A DNA stretch of 64,000 nucleotides from a bacterium (GTDB taxonomy: Bacteria > RBG-13-61-14 > DATKZS01): positions 288,001 to 352,000 of the forward strand of contig CAXXFL010000003.1 in the NCBI GenBank assembly GCA_963674965.2, in the 5' to 3' direction. A model generated the notes under the pieces. It was not told where the DNA came from, did not search any database, and saw only the letters and a program-made list of their open reading frames with translations. A program made the position numbers and the translations under genes. Below are positions 46,105 through 55,364 of the stretch, in pieces. Each line of letters starts with the position of its first letter. The first letter of the stretch is position 1.

Positions 46105-48180
46105 ATGAAAAATGAAGGAAAAGAAAAAAGGTCCTTGAAAAAAGTCCCGGCCGAGATCGGACGCGCTCTTTTGGCGGCGGCCGCGGCGGCCTTTTCCACC
46201 GGGGCGGTTTCCTTTTACAGGGGCAACTTCGCCACCAGCCCCCTCGTCTCCTTCGCCCTTTTCGGGGCCGCGCTGTGGCTGGTTTTAAGACTGATCGTTT
46301 TCAGGAAGTCCCGGGGGCGAAGGTCGCCCGCTCCGATAGCCGCCTATTTTATTTCCGTCGTCATCCTGTCTTTTATAACTCACCGGGCGGAGCCGACCTC
46401 GGTCAGCTACCTTCCCCTGGGGGACGAAAGCGGGGCCGAGCTATCCGGGCCCCTTCACGACGCGCTCAAGGTCAAGGTGACCGGGCCTTTCAGAACGGAG
46501 ACCCGGGCGGCCTCCCGGATGCCTCTCGTTCCCGGCCTGGCCTTTTCCTTAGCCGTGCCCAAGGACGGCGTTCTTAACCTGGGGGCCCTGGCCGAGAGTA
46601 AAGGCCGTCCCGTCGGGGACGTGGTCATCGAGGTCGCGATCGGCGGACAAGCGGGAGTCGGCCGCCGGAAAATCGGGGAGGTCGCCACTTCCGCCGAGGG
46701 CTGGAGCGACGTATCCATCGACCTTTCCGGCTTCGGTCCGGGTCGGGCCGGCGTCTCCCTGCAAGTCGCGTCCGGCGAGCTGGGCCATCTGAAGGAAACG
46801 AGCCTCTGGGTCAGCGGGCCTCGAGTCTCGACGCGCTCAGGTGCGCCCAACTTGATGCTCATCGTTATCGACACGCTCCGAGCGGATCATCTGTCCTGCG
46901 ATCCCGCCGCTCCGAGAGCGACCCCCAACCTGGCCAAGTGGGCGGCGCGCGGGACCTGGTTCACCCGCAACTACTCCCAAAGCTCCTGGACCCTTCCATC
47001 CATCGCCTCCATCTCCACCTCGCGCATGCCGGCCGAGACCGGAGCGGTCAACGTCAGCGAGTTCAAGCTCGAGGACCGAAACCTCACTTTGGCGGAGACC
47101 CTCTCGAGCCTCGGATACGGGACCGCCATGGTCACGGCCAACCGCGTCATCTCCGCCGGAAACGGGTTCGACCAGGGGTTCGACTCCTTCGTCTCCGTCA
47201 AAAGCAGGCTAAGATACTCGCTCGGAAACGCGCACAGGGTCAACCGGGAGACGCTTGATATAATCGAGCGAGCGTCACCACCCTTTTTCGTCTTCGCCTT
47301 GTACATCGACCCGCATATGCCTTACCTGGCCCCCTGGTCGGACGCGGACTACGCGGGCGTCCTGGGCCAGGCCTTCTTCTCCAGCGCCGGGGCCATGCTC
47401 GATAACTTCATGTCCTCTTCCATTACCGGCTACAGGCGACCGGCGCCCTGGAGCGTTGAGGCCAACAAGCGCCTATACGACGGGGAGGTCAGGTACGTGG
47501 ACCGGGCGTTGGGAGAGCTTTTCGAGGAGTTGGAAAAGCGGGGCCTCCTGGAGAACCTGGTGGTAGTGATCGCCTCGGACCATGGGGAGGAGTTCGCGGA
47601 GCACGGACTTACCGGCCACGGCACGTCTCTTTTCGAGGAACTGATCCGCGTTCCCCTCGTGGTGATAGACTTTCGGGAGGAGGGGCAAAAAGTCGCGAGG
47701 TGGGACGGACTGACCACCAACCTGGACGTGGCGCCCACCTTGCTGGACCTGGCGGGCTTTCCTCCCGCCGAGGGCATGTTGGGGAAATCCTTGAGGCCCG
47801 TCATGATGGGACAATACGAAAGCCGGGAAAGGGCCGCCTTTTCCGAGCTTCCCGAGATACTCCACTACGGGGAACTCGAGGAGATTCACCGGCCCGGGCT
47901 GCGCGACTCCTACCTCCGTTCCATGGTGCGGGAAAAAAAGAAACTGATCAGTCACGTCAACCTTAAGGACAAGGGGGTTACGATTTCCGCTTTCGACCTT
48001 GCTCTCGATCCCTCGGAGGTCATGGACCTTAAGATCGACCCGCCCCCCTGGATGTCCGGGTCGCGGGAGGAAATGGAGCTTTTCTTCGGCGACATGCCCG
48101 ACCCCCACGACCTTCCGAGGGGCGAGCCGCTCGACGCCGGGACCCTGGACCTCCTCAAGACCCTCGGCTACGTGCAGTGA
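46105..48180 (+). CDS. Membrane-anchored sulfatase-like (alkaline phosphatase superfamily) protein, Thr-type
   Basis: 3 TM helices; PNLMLIVIDTLRADH, TPNL, SSWTLPS, DPHMPY, YDGEVRYVD, SDHGEEF, LDVAPT, LKTLGYV. Confidence 0.88.
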   Translation: MKNEGKEKRSLKKVPAEIGRALLAAAAAAFSTGAVSFYRGNFATSPLVSFALFGAALWLVLRLIVFRKSRGRRSPAPIAAYFISVVILSFITHRAEPTSVSYLPLGDESGAELSGPLHDALKVKVTGPFRTETRAASRMPLVPGLAFSLAVPKDGVLNLGALAESKGRPVGDVVIEVAIGGQAGVGRRKIGEVATSAEGWSDVSIDLSGFGPGRAGVSLQVASGELGHLKETSLWVSGPRVSTRSGAPNLMLIVIDTLRADHLSCDPAAPRATPNLAKWAARGTWFTRNYSQSSWTLPSIASISTSRMPAETGAVNVSEFKLEDRNLTLAETLSSLGYGTAMVTANRVISAGNGFDQGFDSFVSVKSRLRYSLGNAHRVNRETLDIIERASPPFFVFALYIDPHMPYLAPWSDADYAGVLGQAFFSSAGAMLDNFMSSSITGYRRPAPWSVEANKRLYDGEVRYVDRALGELFEELEKRGLLENLVVVIASDHGEEFAEHGLTGHGTSLFEELIRVPLVVIDFREEGQKVARWDGLTTNLDVAPTLLDLAGFPPAEGMLGKSLRPVMMGQYESRERAAFSELPEILHYGELEEIHRPGLRDSYLRSMVREKKKLISHVNLKDKGVTISAFDLALDPSEVMDLKIDPPPWMSGSREEMELFFGDMPDPHDLPRGEPLDAGTLDLLKTLGYVQ

Positions 48181-48193
48181 AAATAAACGCGGC

Positions 48194-49507
48194 TTACGAC
48201 TCGAGGTGAGCGCAAAGCCGCTTGGCCAGGCCGATGATGGTCATGACCGTGGGACGGTCCAGGGCCTCGGGAAAGACGGAGGCGTCGCACACGTAAAGCC
48301 CGCCGATCCCGGTCTTCAAGTTCGAGTCGACCACCTGCCCTATCCTGCAGGTGCCGCTGGGATGAGCGCCCTTTACCTCGCTCTCGAATATCGAGCTGGA
48401 CTTGCAGTCGAGCGCCCTTAAAATGTCGGCGGCGACCTGTTTGCCCTTTTTCAGCCTCGCCTGGTCGTCGTCGGTCAGGGGCTTGCTGACCACCCCGTCG
48501 GCGTCCACCCCTCCCGTAAGGTCGTCCTTGACCTTGGCCAGTATGCCCACCATGTTCCCGTAGGAAAAGCCCGAGATCGCCCGGCTCGGGGAAATCCGGG
48601 CGGAGTTGATCGCGAAAAGCCAGCGCGGCTCCATCATGGTCCCCAGCCTGATCCCATGGCTCTCGTAAAACTCCCAACTGACAACGCTCACCGGCGGGTC
48701 CAGGTGGGTCCCCTCGAAGGGGGCCTTGCCATAGACCACCACCGTCGGGTCCACGAAGCAGCCGTCGCCCGCGCCGTCCACTCCGGCCTTTTTCAGGAGC
48801 ATGGGAGAACCGATGCCGCCGGCCGCCAGGATGACCCGGTCGGCGTTGACGCGGAGGCGCTCTCCCGATTTCATCCGGATTAATAAGCCCCTGGCCGCGC
48901 CGCCTTCCACCATCACGCGCTCGCACTCGGTCTCGTCCAGGAAGTGGGCGCCGGAGTACATGGCCTCCCGCACGTACTCCCGAGCGGTCCACTTGGCCCC
49001 GCAGGAGCAGCCCAGGTGGGTCTCGGCCCCGCAGCATCTTCCCTTCACGAACTTGTCCGGATTCAGGAACTTGGGCATGGGCTCCCATTTGTACCCAATC
49101 TTATTGGCCGTCTCCATGACCTTGGCCGAAGACTTTCCCCAAAGTTCCTCCGGCAGCACCCCGTAGCCGGTCTCCTTTTTGATCTCCGGAAGCCACGGCT
49201 CGAGGTCGATGCCGTACCTGGGTTTCAGCCAGGGAGGAGGGTCGGCGGCCGAGGCGCTGTAGACCACGGACGCCCCGCCGGTGGTCAGGGCCCTGAAGAT
49301 GGGCATGCCCTCCTTGGCCCTTAGCAGTCCGTGTCCGTCCAGTACCTGGGCGGCTGTAAGGTAGCTTCTCATGCGTCGGTGGGTCTTTCCCATCTCGAGG
49401 AGGAGCACCTTTTTGCCGGCCCTTGCCAACTCCCGGGCGCAGGTGGCCCCGCCGGGTCCGGACCCGACCACGGCGACGTCGTAATTATTTTTCGGCTTAA
49501 AGTCCAT
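48194..49507 (-). CDS. GMC family FAD-dependent oxidoreductase
   Basis: VVGSGPGG, GGASVVYS, LAAGGIGSP, HPSGTCRIG, LYVCDASVFP; start at ATG 49507 after GGAG (ORF track extends to 49570). Confidence 0.9.
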   Translation of the reverse strand: MDFKPKNNYDVAVVGSGPGGATCARELARAGKKVLLLEMGKTHRRMRSYLTAAQVLDGHGLLRAKEGMPIFRALTTGGASVVYSASAADPPPWLKPRYGIDLEPWLPEIKKETGYGVLPEELWGKSSAKVMETANKIGYKWEPMPKFLNPDKFVKGRCCGAETHLGCSCGAKWTAREYVREAMYSGAHFLDETECERVMVEGGAARGLLIRMKSGERLRVNADRVILAAGGIGSPMLLKKAGVDGAGDGCFVDPTVVVYGKAPFEGTHLDPPVSVVSWEFYESHGIRLGTMMEPRWLFAINSARISPSRAISGFSYGNMVGILAKVKDDLTGGVDADGVVSKPLTDDDQARLKKGKQVAADILRALDCKSSSIFESEVKGAHPSGTCRIGQVVDSNLKTGIGGLYVCDASVFPEALDRPTVMTIIGLAKRLCAHLES

Positions 49508-49614
49508 GGCAAACTCCATAACCATCGTTATCTTGCAATTGAGGCCGTTTGTATTTTCCGCCTTTACCATGTTACAAAAGCCCGATATGGGTTACAACCG
49601 AAAAAGGAAATAAA

Positions 49615-52488
49615 ATGGATAGAGAAAGTCCGCGCCTCAGGATCAGGCTCATGCAGGCGGTATCCGACCTGATCTACGCGCATCACTGGAAAATACTCGG
49701 GATATGCCTGGCCATTACCGTTTTCAGCGTTTTTTCTTATTCCAGGCTGGGGCTGAAGCTAAACTTCGTGGACATGCTCAGTGAGGACGACCCCGCCGTG
49801 ATCCACTATAAAAGCGCCGTCGATCAGTTCGGGGCGCTGTCGTTTTTATTTATTATCGTCGAGTCGGACGACCTGGAAAAGAGCAAGGCCTACGCCGACG
49901 AGCTGGCGGAGCGTCTTCCGCAAAACCAGGACTTCGTTCCCCGCGTGTACCACAAGGTCCGGATCGAGGACTACCTTGACGACTCCCTCTTATTCCTCAA
50001 GCCTGAGGAACTTTCCCTGCTGGCGGAGCTGTTCGAGAGGAACTCGGGCGCCCTCTCGTCGATCATGGCCGATCCCGGCCTGGTGGGCGGAGTGGGCGGC
50101 CTGGCCGATATTCTCGGCGGCTTCGCGGCCCAGGGCGAGATACCCGACCTTGGCGAGGAGGACCAGGACTTCGGGGCCATCTTCGATCCCCTGTCCACGC
50201 TGGTCGGGTCCTTCAAGGACTACGCCCTGAAGGGGGACAAGGGCTCGAGGGAGGACTTGAAAGGTGAGATGCTCGGGCGGCTCATGCAGGGCGGCGAGGA
50301 CCTTCCCATCGACATAAGCGAGCCATATTTTTTGGACAAGGAAAAGAAGCGCCTTCTCATGCTGGTGTCCTCGACCAGGCCGGCGGAGGACTTCGAGTGG
50401 TGCCGCGAGTACATGGAGTACGTGGACCAGGTGGTGGCCGAGGTCAACGCCGGGTTCAAGGACCCGCCCAAGACCATGATGACGGGCAACGCGGCCTTTA
50501 TGCGGGACGACTTCCTGGTCATTTCTCGGGACATGAAGGTCACCACGGCCGTGGCCTTCGCCTGTATCATGCTTTTATTCGCTTTTTCCTTTCGGAACTT
50601 AAGCTCGATCCTGATGGTGGCGGTCCCCCTGGCGGTGGGCATCATCTGGTCCTTCGGGGCGGCCTACTGGGTGACGGGCAAGTTCGAGGCCGGCTCCTGG
50701 GTGGGCGGACACCTGACTCCGGTCACGGCCATCTTCGGGGCCATCCTTCTTGGGCTGGGCATCGACTACGCCATACTCATCCTCTCACGCTACACCGAGG
50801 AAAGGCACAGGGGAAGATCGATCAAGCAAAGCCTGGACGCGACCATGACCGAGACGGGCGTATCCATATTGACCGGGGCCGTGGCCACGGCGCTGGCCTT
50901 TTTCTCGATGACCATGGCCACCTTCGAGGGCGGCCGGGAAATGGGCCGCATAGCCGGCACGGGCATCATCCTCTTCGTCTTCATCATGACCTTCGGGCTG
51001 GGCTCGCTCCTGGTGGCCTGGGACAAAAGGCGGGAGGCCGCCGGTCCCACCCAGAGGAAGTTCGACCCCAAGCTGACCCGGAGGCTGGCCAGGCTCGCCG
51101 ACGGCGGCGCGCCCTACGTGGTGGCCGTCCTGACCCTGGTGACCGTTTTCATGGCCTACAAGGCGCCTCAGTTCAAGTTCGAGTACAACTACTTGAACCT
51201 CGAGCCCAAGAACGTTCCCAGCTTTCAGCTCGTGCACAAGATTCCCGAGTGGTTCGGCATCGACACCAACTACGGGATGGTGATCTCGCGGGACCTGGAC
51301 GAGGACAGGAAGCTGGCGGCCGAGCTTCGGGGCAAGTCCACGGTGAGCAAGGTCGAGGCCATATCCGACTTTATTCCCATGGACCAGGATAAAAAGCTTC
51401 CCTTTATAAGACGCCTCGAAAAGGTGACCCGGGAGGTGAGGTCCGGCCTGGGTCCGGACGCGGTCCCCCCACCCGGCGCCGAGCCGGGATCGACGCTCGA
51501 GGCCGCGCCCATGTCCGAGTTGGATTTCCTCGAGCTGATGAACGACTTGAAAAGGCTGCGCGACGCGGTGGGCGCGCCCGGCCGGGGCCTGGTGGGCCTT
51601 TTCTACCTGGCCGAGATCGAGGACGGCGAGGAGGGGGCCAGGAAGCTTCTGGCCGAGCTCGACTCCCTTATCGAGGCCCTCGAGACGGCGCCTCACGACA
51701 AGGTCCTGGCCAACCTGGGCGTCCTGGACCGGAAGACCGAGCGCGGCCTGGCCAAGGGCTTTTCCTGGCTGGAGAAGATGTCCGCCACCGAGGGGGTCAC
51801 GGTCACGAGCCTGACCGACAAGCACCCGGAGTTAAAGGACCGCTTCATGGGCAAGGAGGGCGACTTCATCGTCTATTCCTATCCCTCGCTGGTCCTGTGG
51901 GAGGAGGAAAATCTCAAGGCCGTGGCCAACGAGCTTCGGGAGGTCGACCCCGAGGCCATGGGCGTGGCCGTGCTTTTCGACCGCATCCTCTACCAGCTCA
52001 AAAAGGACCTGGTAAGGGTGGCGCTCATCGCCCTGTCCGTGGTGTTCGTGGTCATCTTCATCAACTACCTGGGCCTTTGGCACACGGTGTTGACCCTCAT
52101 TCCCCTGGTGGCCGGGGCCCTGGCCATGGTGGGGACCATGAACCTTCTGGGATGGAAGTTCAACATCGTGAACACGGGCATGCTGCCCCTCGTCATCGGC
52201 GTGGGCGTGGACTACGGGGTTTACGTGGTCCACCGCTGGATAGCCGAGGGGAAAGGACTGTCCTCGATCACGCCCGTTATCGAGAGCACCGGGCGGGCCG
52301 TGAGCCTCTCGGCCTTTACCACCATGATCGGATTCGCCTCGGTCATGCTCAGCCAGTGGCGGGGCCTGCACCTGATGGGAAGGACCCTCACCATGGGCAT
52401 CGGGTTCTGCTGGGTGGCGGCGGTGATTTTTCTTCCCGCCATCCTCAAGGTCATCGAGACGGTCAAGGCCCGGCGCGGGAAGGAATAG
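49615..52488 (+). CDS. MMPL/RND family transporter (HpnN-like architecture)
   Basis: Two TM bundles with LGLGIDYAI and IGVGVDYGV; large extracytoplasmic loops; TGRAVSLSAFTT. Confidence 0.92.
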   Translation: MDRESPRLRIRLMQAVSDLIYAHHWKILGICLAITVFSVFSYSRLGLKLNFVDMLSEDDPAVIHYKSAVDQFGALSFLFIIVESDDLEKSKAYADELAERLPQNQDFVPRVYHKVRIEDYLDDSLLFLKPEELSLLAELFERNSGALSSIMADPGLVGGVGGLADILGGFAAQGEIPDLGEEDQDFGAIFDPLSTLVGSFKDYALKGDKGSREDLKGEMLGRLMQGGEDLPIDISEPYFLDKEKKRLLMLVSSTRPAEDFEWCREYMEYVDQVVAEVNAGFKDPPKTMMTGNAAFMRDDFLVISRDMKVTTAVAFACIMLLFAFSFRNLSSILMVAVPLAVGIIWSFGAAYWVTGKFEAGSWVGGHLTPVTAIFGAILLGLGIDYAILILSRYTEERHRGRSIKQSLDATMTETGVSILTGAVATALAFFSMTMATFEGGREMGRIAGTGIILFVFIMTFGLGSLLVAWDKRREAAGPTQRKFDPKLTRRLARLADGGAPYVVAVLTLVTVFMAYKAPQFKFEYNYLNLEPKNVPSFQLVHKIPEWFGIDTNYGMVISRDLDEDRKLAAELRGKSTVSKVEAISDFIPMDQDKKLPFIRRLEKVTREVRSGLGPDAVPPPGAEPGSTLEAAPMSELDFLELMNDLKRLRDAVGAPGRGLVGLFYLAEIEDGEEGARKLLAELDSLIEALETAPHDKVLANLGVLDRKTERGLAKGFSWLEKMSATEGVTVTSLTDKHPELKDRFMGKEGDFIVYSYPSLVLWEEENLKAVANELREVDPEAMGVAVLFDRILYQLKKDLVRVALIALSVVFVVIFINYLGLWHTVLTLIPLVAGALAMVGTMNLLGWKFNIVNTGMLPLVIGVGVDYGVYVVHRWIAEGKGLSSITPVIESTGRAVSLSAFTTMIGFASVMLSQWRGLHLMGRTLTMGIGFCWVAAVIFLPAILKVIETVKARRGKE

Positions 52489-54241
52489 GCCCGGACCGGA
52501 TTTTTCTCAAGAGGTCGGCCGCTCCCGCGTGTCCCGGAAACAGGTCGAGGATAAGCTCGAGCTCGGCCTCCGCCTCGGCCCTTGCGCCGCTTCCCGCCAA
52601 AATCCTGGCCCTTCCCAGCCTGGCCCCCGCGTGGAACTCGTCGCTCGCGATGGCCGCGTCATACTCGGAGAGAGCGGCCGCCGGGTCGCCCGAGAGTTCG
52701 AGGTACGCGCCCAGGTTGTAGCGGGCCATGGCGACGTCCGGCTCGAGGGTCGCGGCCCGCCGAAAAAGTTCGCCCGCGGTTTTGGAGTCGCCGGACCGCA
52801 TCACGGCTATGGCCAGGTTGGCCACGGGAAAGGCCTTGTCCGGGGCCAGGGCCATGGCCCTTTTGCAGACGGACCGGGCGCCCCGATCGTCGCCCTCCTC
52901 GGCCATGGCCCCGCAAAGGTTGCTCCAGGGACGATTAAGACCGGGAGACTTGGCTACGGAGTCGGCCCAAAGCGTCCGGGCGGACGACCAGGCCGCGTTG
53001 CGGGAAACGGTCATGCCCGCGAGAAGGATTACGCACGCGGCGGCGGGCGCCATGGCCCTCCTTACCCCCGCGACGCCGATGAGCCATACCGCGAGGGGCG
53101 GGACAATGAAGAGGGAGGGCCCGTAGGCGCGGTGGTCGTTCATGAGGTCGAGGGGTATGAAGGTCGACTCCGGCGCCAGGCTAACCAGGAAACCCAGGAC
53201 CAGAAACAAAAAAAGCCTCGAGCGCCGCCTGGCCGCGACGGCGCCGCCGACGGCCGCGCACAATATCAGGATCGAGGCCAGGGTGGTCCATGGATCGAGA
53301 AGCGATCCCGATACCGCGACCTCATGGTCCAGGGCCAGCCGGGAGGAATGGGGAACGAGCGAGGTAAGAACGTAGCCCACCACCACCCTGGCCTCGGTCG
53401 CCATCCGCTCGAGCGGCCCGTAGCCCAGGCTCGCGTAGCCCTCCAGATAGGTCGGGAGTATGCCGGTCAAGACCAGGACCGCCGTTCCCACCGCCGCCAG
53501 GGCCGCGAAACCGGCGGCTATTGTCGCCCTGGTTTTTCCCGATATCTTTTCCCCGCGCTCCCTGACCAGGAACTCGTACAAGACGACGATCACCGGCGCC
53601 GTCCATCCCGTCTCCTTCGAGAGGGCGGCCAGGGCCATGGAAGCAACCGACAGGGCCCACATGGCCCATTTCTTTTTCGCCTTCCCCGCCCCGGCGGCCT
53701 CCAGGTAAAAGAGGAAGGCGGCCAGTGATCCCAGCGTCGCCAGCAGGGTCTGGCGCTGGACGATATAAGTGACGGCCTGGACCTGGGCCGGGTTCAGCGC
53801 CCAAATCAGGGCCGCGGCCCCCGCCGCCATCGCGGCCCCTTCCCGTTTCCCGGCCAGCTTGAGGATGACAAGATATAGAAGGAAGGTGGCAAGCGCGTGC
53901 AGGGCCACGTTTTCGGCTCTCATGATTTTGGGGTTTAGCCGATGGAGGTAGTGGTCGAGGGCGAAGGTGAAGTTGGAAAGTGGACGCAGCTGAAACTTGT
54001 CCTGGATAACCGCCCTTTTCATCTGCTCCCAGGACGGCTCGGTCAGCCGGATGTAGGGGTTCTCCGTGACGTTGATCGCGTCGTCGAAAACAAAGGGATA
54101 GCCGAGGGCGCGGCCGTAACAAGCGGCCAGGATAATGATGAAGACCAGAAAGGCGAGGGCGTTTCTCGCCGCCGGCGAGCCGACTTTCATCGCCGGCCCG
54201 TCCGCCCGCTTTATATTATGGTCCTTTTCTTTTTTCGCCAC
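52463..54241 (-). CDS. TMTC-like GT-C membrane protein with C-terminal TPRs (putative protein glycosyltransferase)
   Basis: FVFDD, RPL, QAVTYIVQR, SKE, DHRAY, RNAAW...LW motifs followed by TPR repeats. Confidence 0.82.
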   Translation of the reverse strand: MAKKEKDHNIKRADGPAMKVGSPAARNALAFLVFIIILAACYGRALGYPFVFDDAINVTENPYIRLTEPSWEQMKRAVIQDKFQLRPLSNFTFALDHYLHRLNPKIMRAENVALHALATFLLYLVILKLAGKREGAAMAAGAAALIWALNPAQVQAVTYIVQRQTLLATLGSLAAFLFYLEAAGAGKAKKKWAMWALSVASMALAALSKETGWTAPVIVVLYEFLVRERGEKISGKTRATIAAGFAALAAVGTAVLVLTGILPTYLEGYASLGYGPLERMATEARVVVGYVLTSLVPHSSRLALDHEVAVSGSLLDPWTTLASILILCAAVGGAVAARRRSRLFLFLVLGFLVSLAPESTFIPLDLMNDHRAYGPSLFIVPPLAVWLIGVAGVRRAMAPAAACVILLAGMTVSRNAAWSSARTLWADSVAKSPGLNRPWSNLCGAMAEEGDDRGARSVCKRAMALAPDKAFPVANLAIAVMRSGDSKTAGELFRRAATLEPDVAMARYNLGAYLELSGDPAAALSEYDAAIASDEFHAGARLGRARILAGSGARAEAEAELELILDLFPGHAGAADLLRKIRSGPIPSRAGP

Positions 54242-54250
54242 GTCCTCTCG

Positions 54251-55354
54251 CTAGTTCGGGGGCGCGAGGTCCTTGGGGTCGTAGGGCTTGCCGCCGGTTA
54301 TCTCGAGCGCCTTCTCGACCGCCGCCAAAAGGGCGTCCGCGTCGTTGTCGACCCACGCCTCGGGGTCCTTGGGATTGAAAATCCAGAAGACCGCCGGCCA
54401 GTGGAAAAGAGCGTGGCGAAGGTTGTAACCCACCCTTCCATGCTCGACCGTGAAGGACGGGGCCCCGTGATAAAGGTACATAAAATCGTCCGAGTCGCCC
54501 AGCGTCGGATACCAACTGTAACTGACCTGGACCTTGTACTTCCACCGGCCCTGCGCGTCGGCGAAAGCCTGGCCGATCTCTTTAAACTCCTCGACGTGGC
54601 GGGCCGGCTTCCTGGTGAAGCCGTGAGGATAAAGGAACTTGCCCGCCACGCTGTGACAGTTCAGGGCCACGTAAAAATCATGCTCGTCGGCCAACCTGGC
54701 GATGGCCCGGGTCTCGGGCTCGGAGAGTTGCTCGGGACCCATGTAATAGGTCGAGTTGGGCCTGCGGTTGCCGGACATGGGATGGGAACTCTTCGCGCCG
54801 GGGGCAACGGGGTAGTTCCGGTTAAGGTCCACCCCGTTGGCGTTTTTTCTTTTATCCCCATTTCCCTTGAGCGAGATGACCCGGTGGTACCCGTCGGGGT
54901 TTTGCATGGGCACGATCCAGAAATCCGTCCTCTCCAGAAGCGAGGTGATCCATGGGTCCTTGCCTTCTCCCCTGATCAGGCGCCAGGCCGCGCCCAGGAC
55001 CACCCGCGAGGATATGACCTCGCCCGCGTGGATGTTGGCCGTGATCAGGGCCTCGGGACGGTCCGCGCCGTCATTTTTCGAGACGTGGACCGCGTAAATG
55101 GGCCGGTCTTCCACGCTGCGCCCGATGATATCGATCTGGACAAGGTCCGGCCTCTCCCGGGCCATGGACTCGATATCGGCGAACACCACCGACAGGGGCG
55201 GGTACGGACCCAGCCAGTCCCCGTCCTTTTTGCCGGCCAGGGAAGGGGTGGGCGTCAAATAGCCCGCGATGATAACGGCCGCGATCAACGGGCGGTCCCA
55301 GTTTGCGGTCTTCAACTTCAAAAGGATTTCTCTCGCTCGTTCGTATTGCATCAT
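54251..55354 (-). CDS. M14 zinc carboxypeptidase, likely exported
   Basis: IGRSVEDR, IHAGE (HxxE), NPDG, NANGVDLNRN, SEPET, NCHS, FTVE. Confidence 0.92.
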   Translation of the reverse strand: MMQYERAREILLKLKTANWDRPLIAAVIIAGYLTPTPSLAGKKDGDWLGPYPPLSVVFADIESMARERPDLVQIDIIGRSVEDRPIYAVHVSKNDGADRPEALITANIHAGEVISSRVVLGAAWRLIRGEGKDPWITSLLERTDFWIVPMQNPDGYHRVISLKGNGDKRKNANGVDLNRNYPVAPGAKSSHPMSGNRRPNSTYYMGPEQLSEPETRAIARLADEHDFYVALNCHSVAGKFLYPHGFTRKPARHVEEFKEIGQAFADAQGRWKYKVQVSYSWYPTLGDSDDFMYLYHGAPSFTVEHGRVGYNLRHALFHWPAVFWIFNPKDPEAWVDNDADALLAAVEKALEITGGKPYDPKDLAPPN

Positions 55355-55364
55355 TCCAGCCCTT

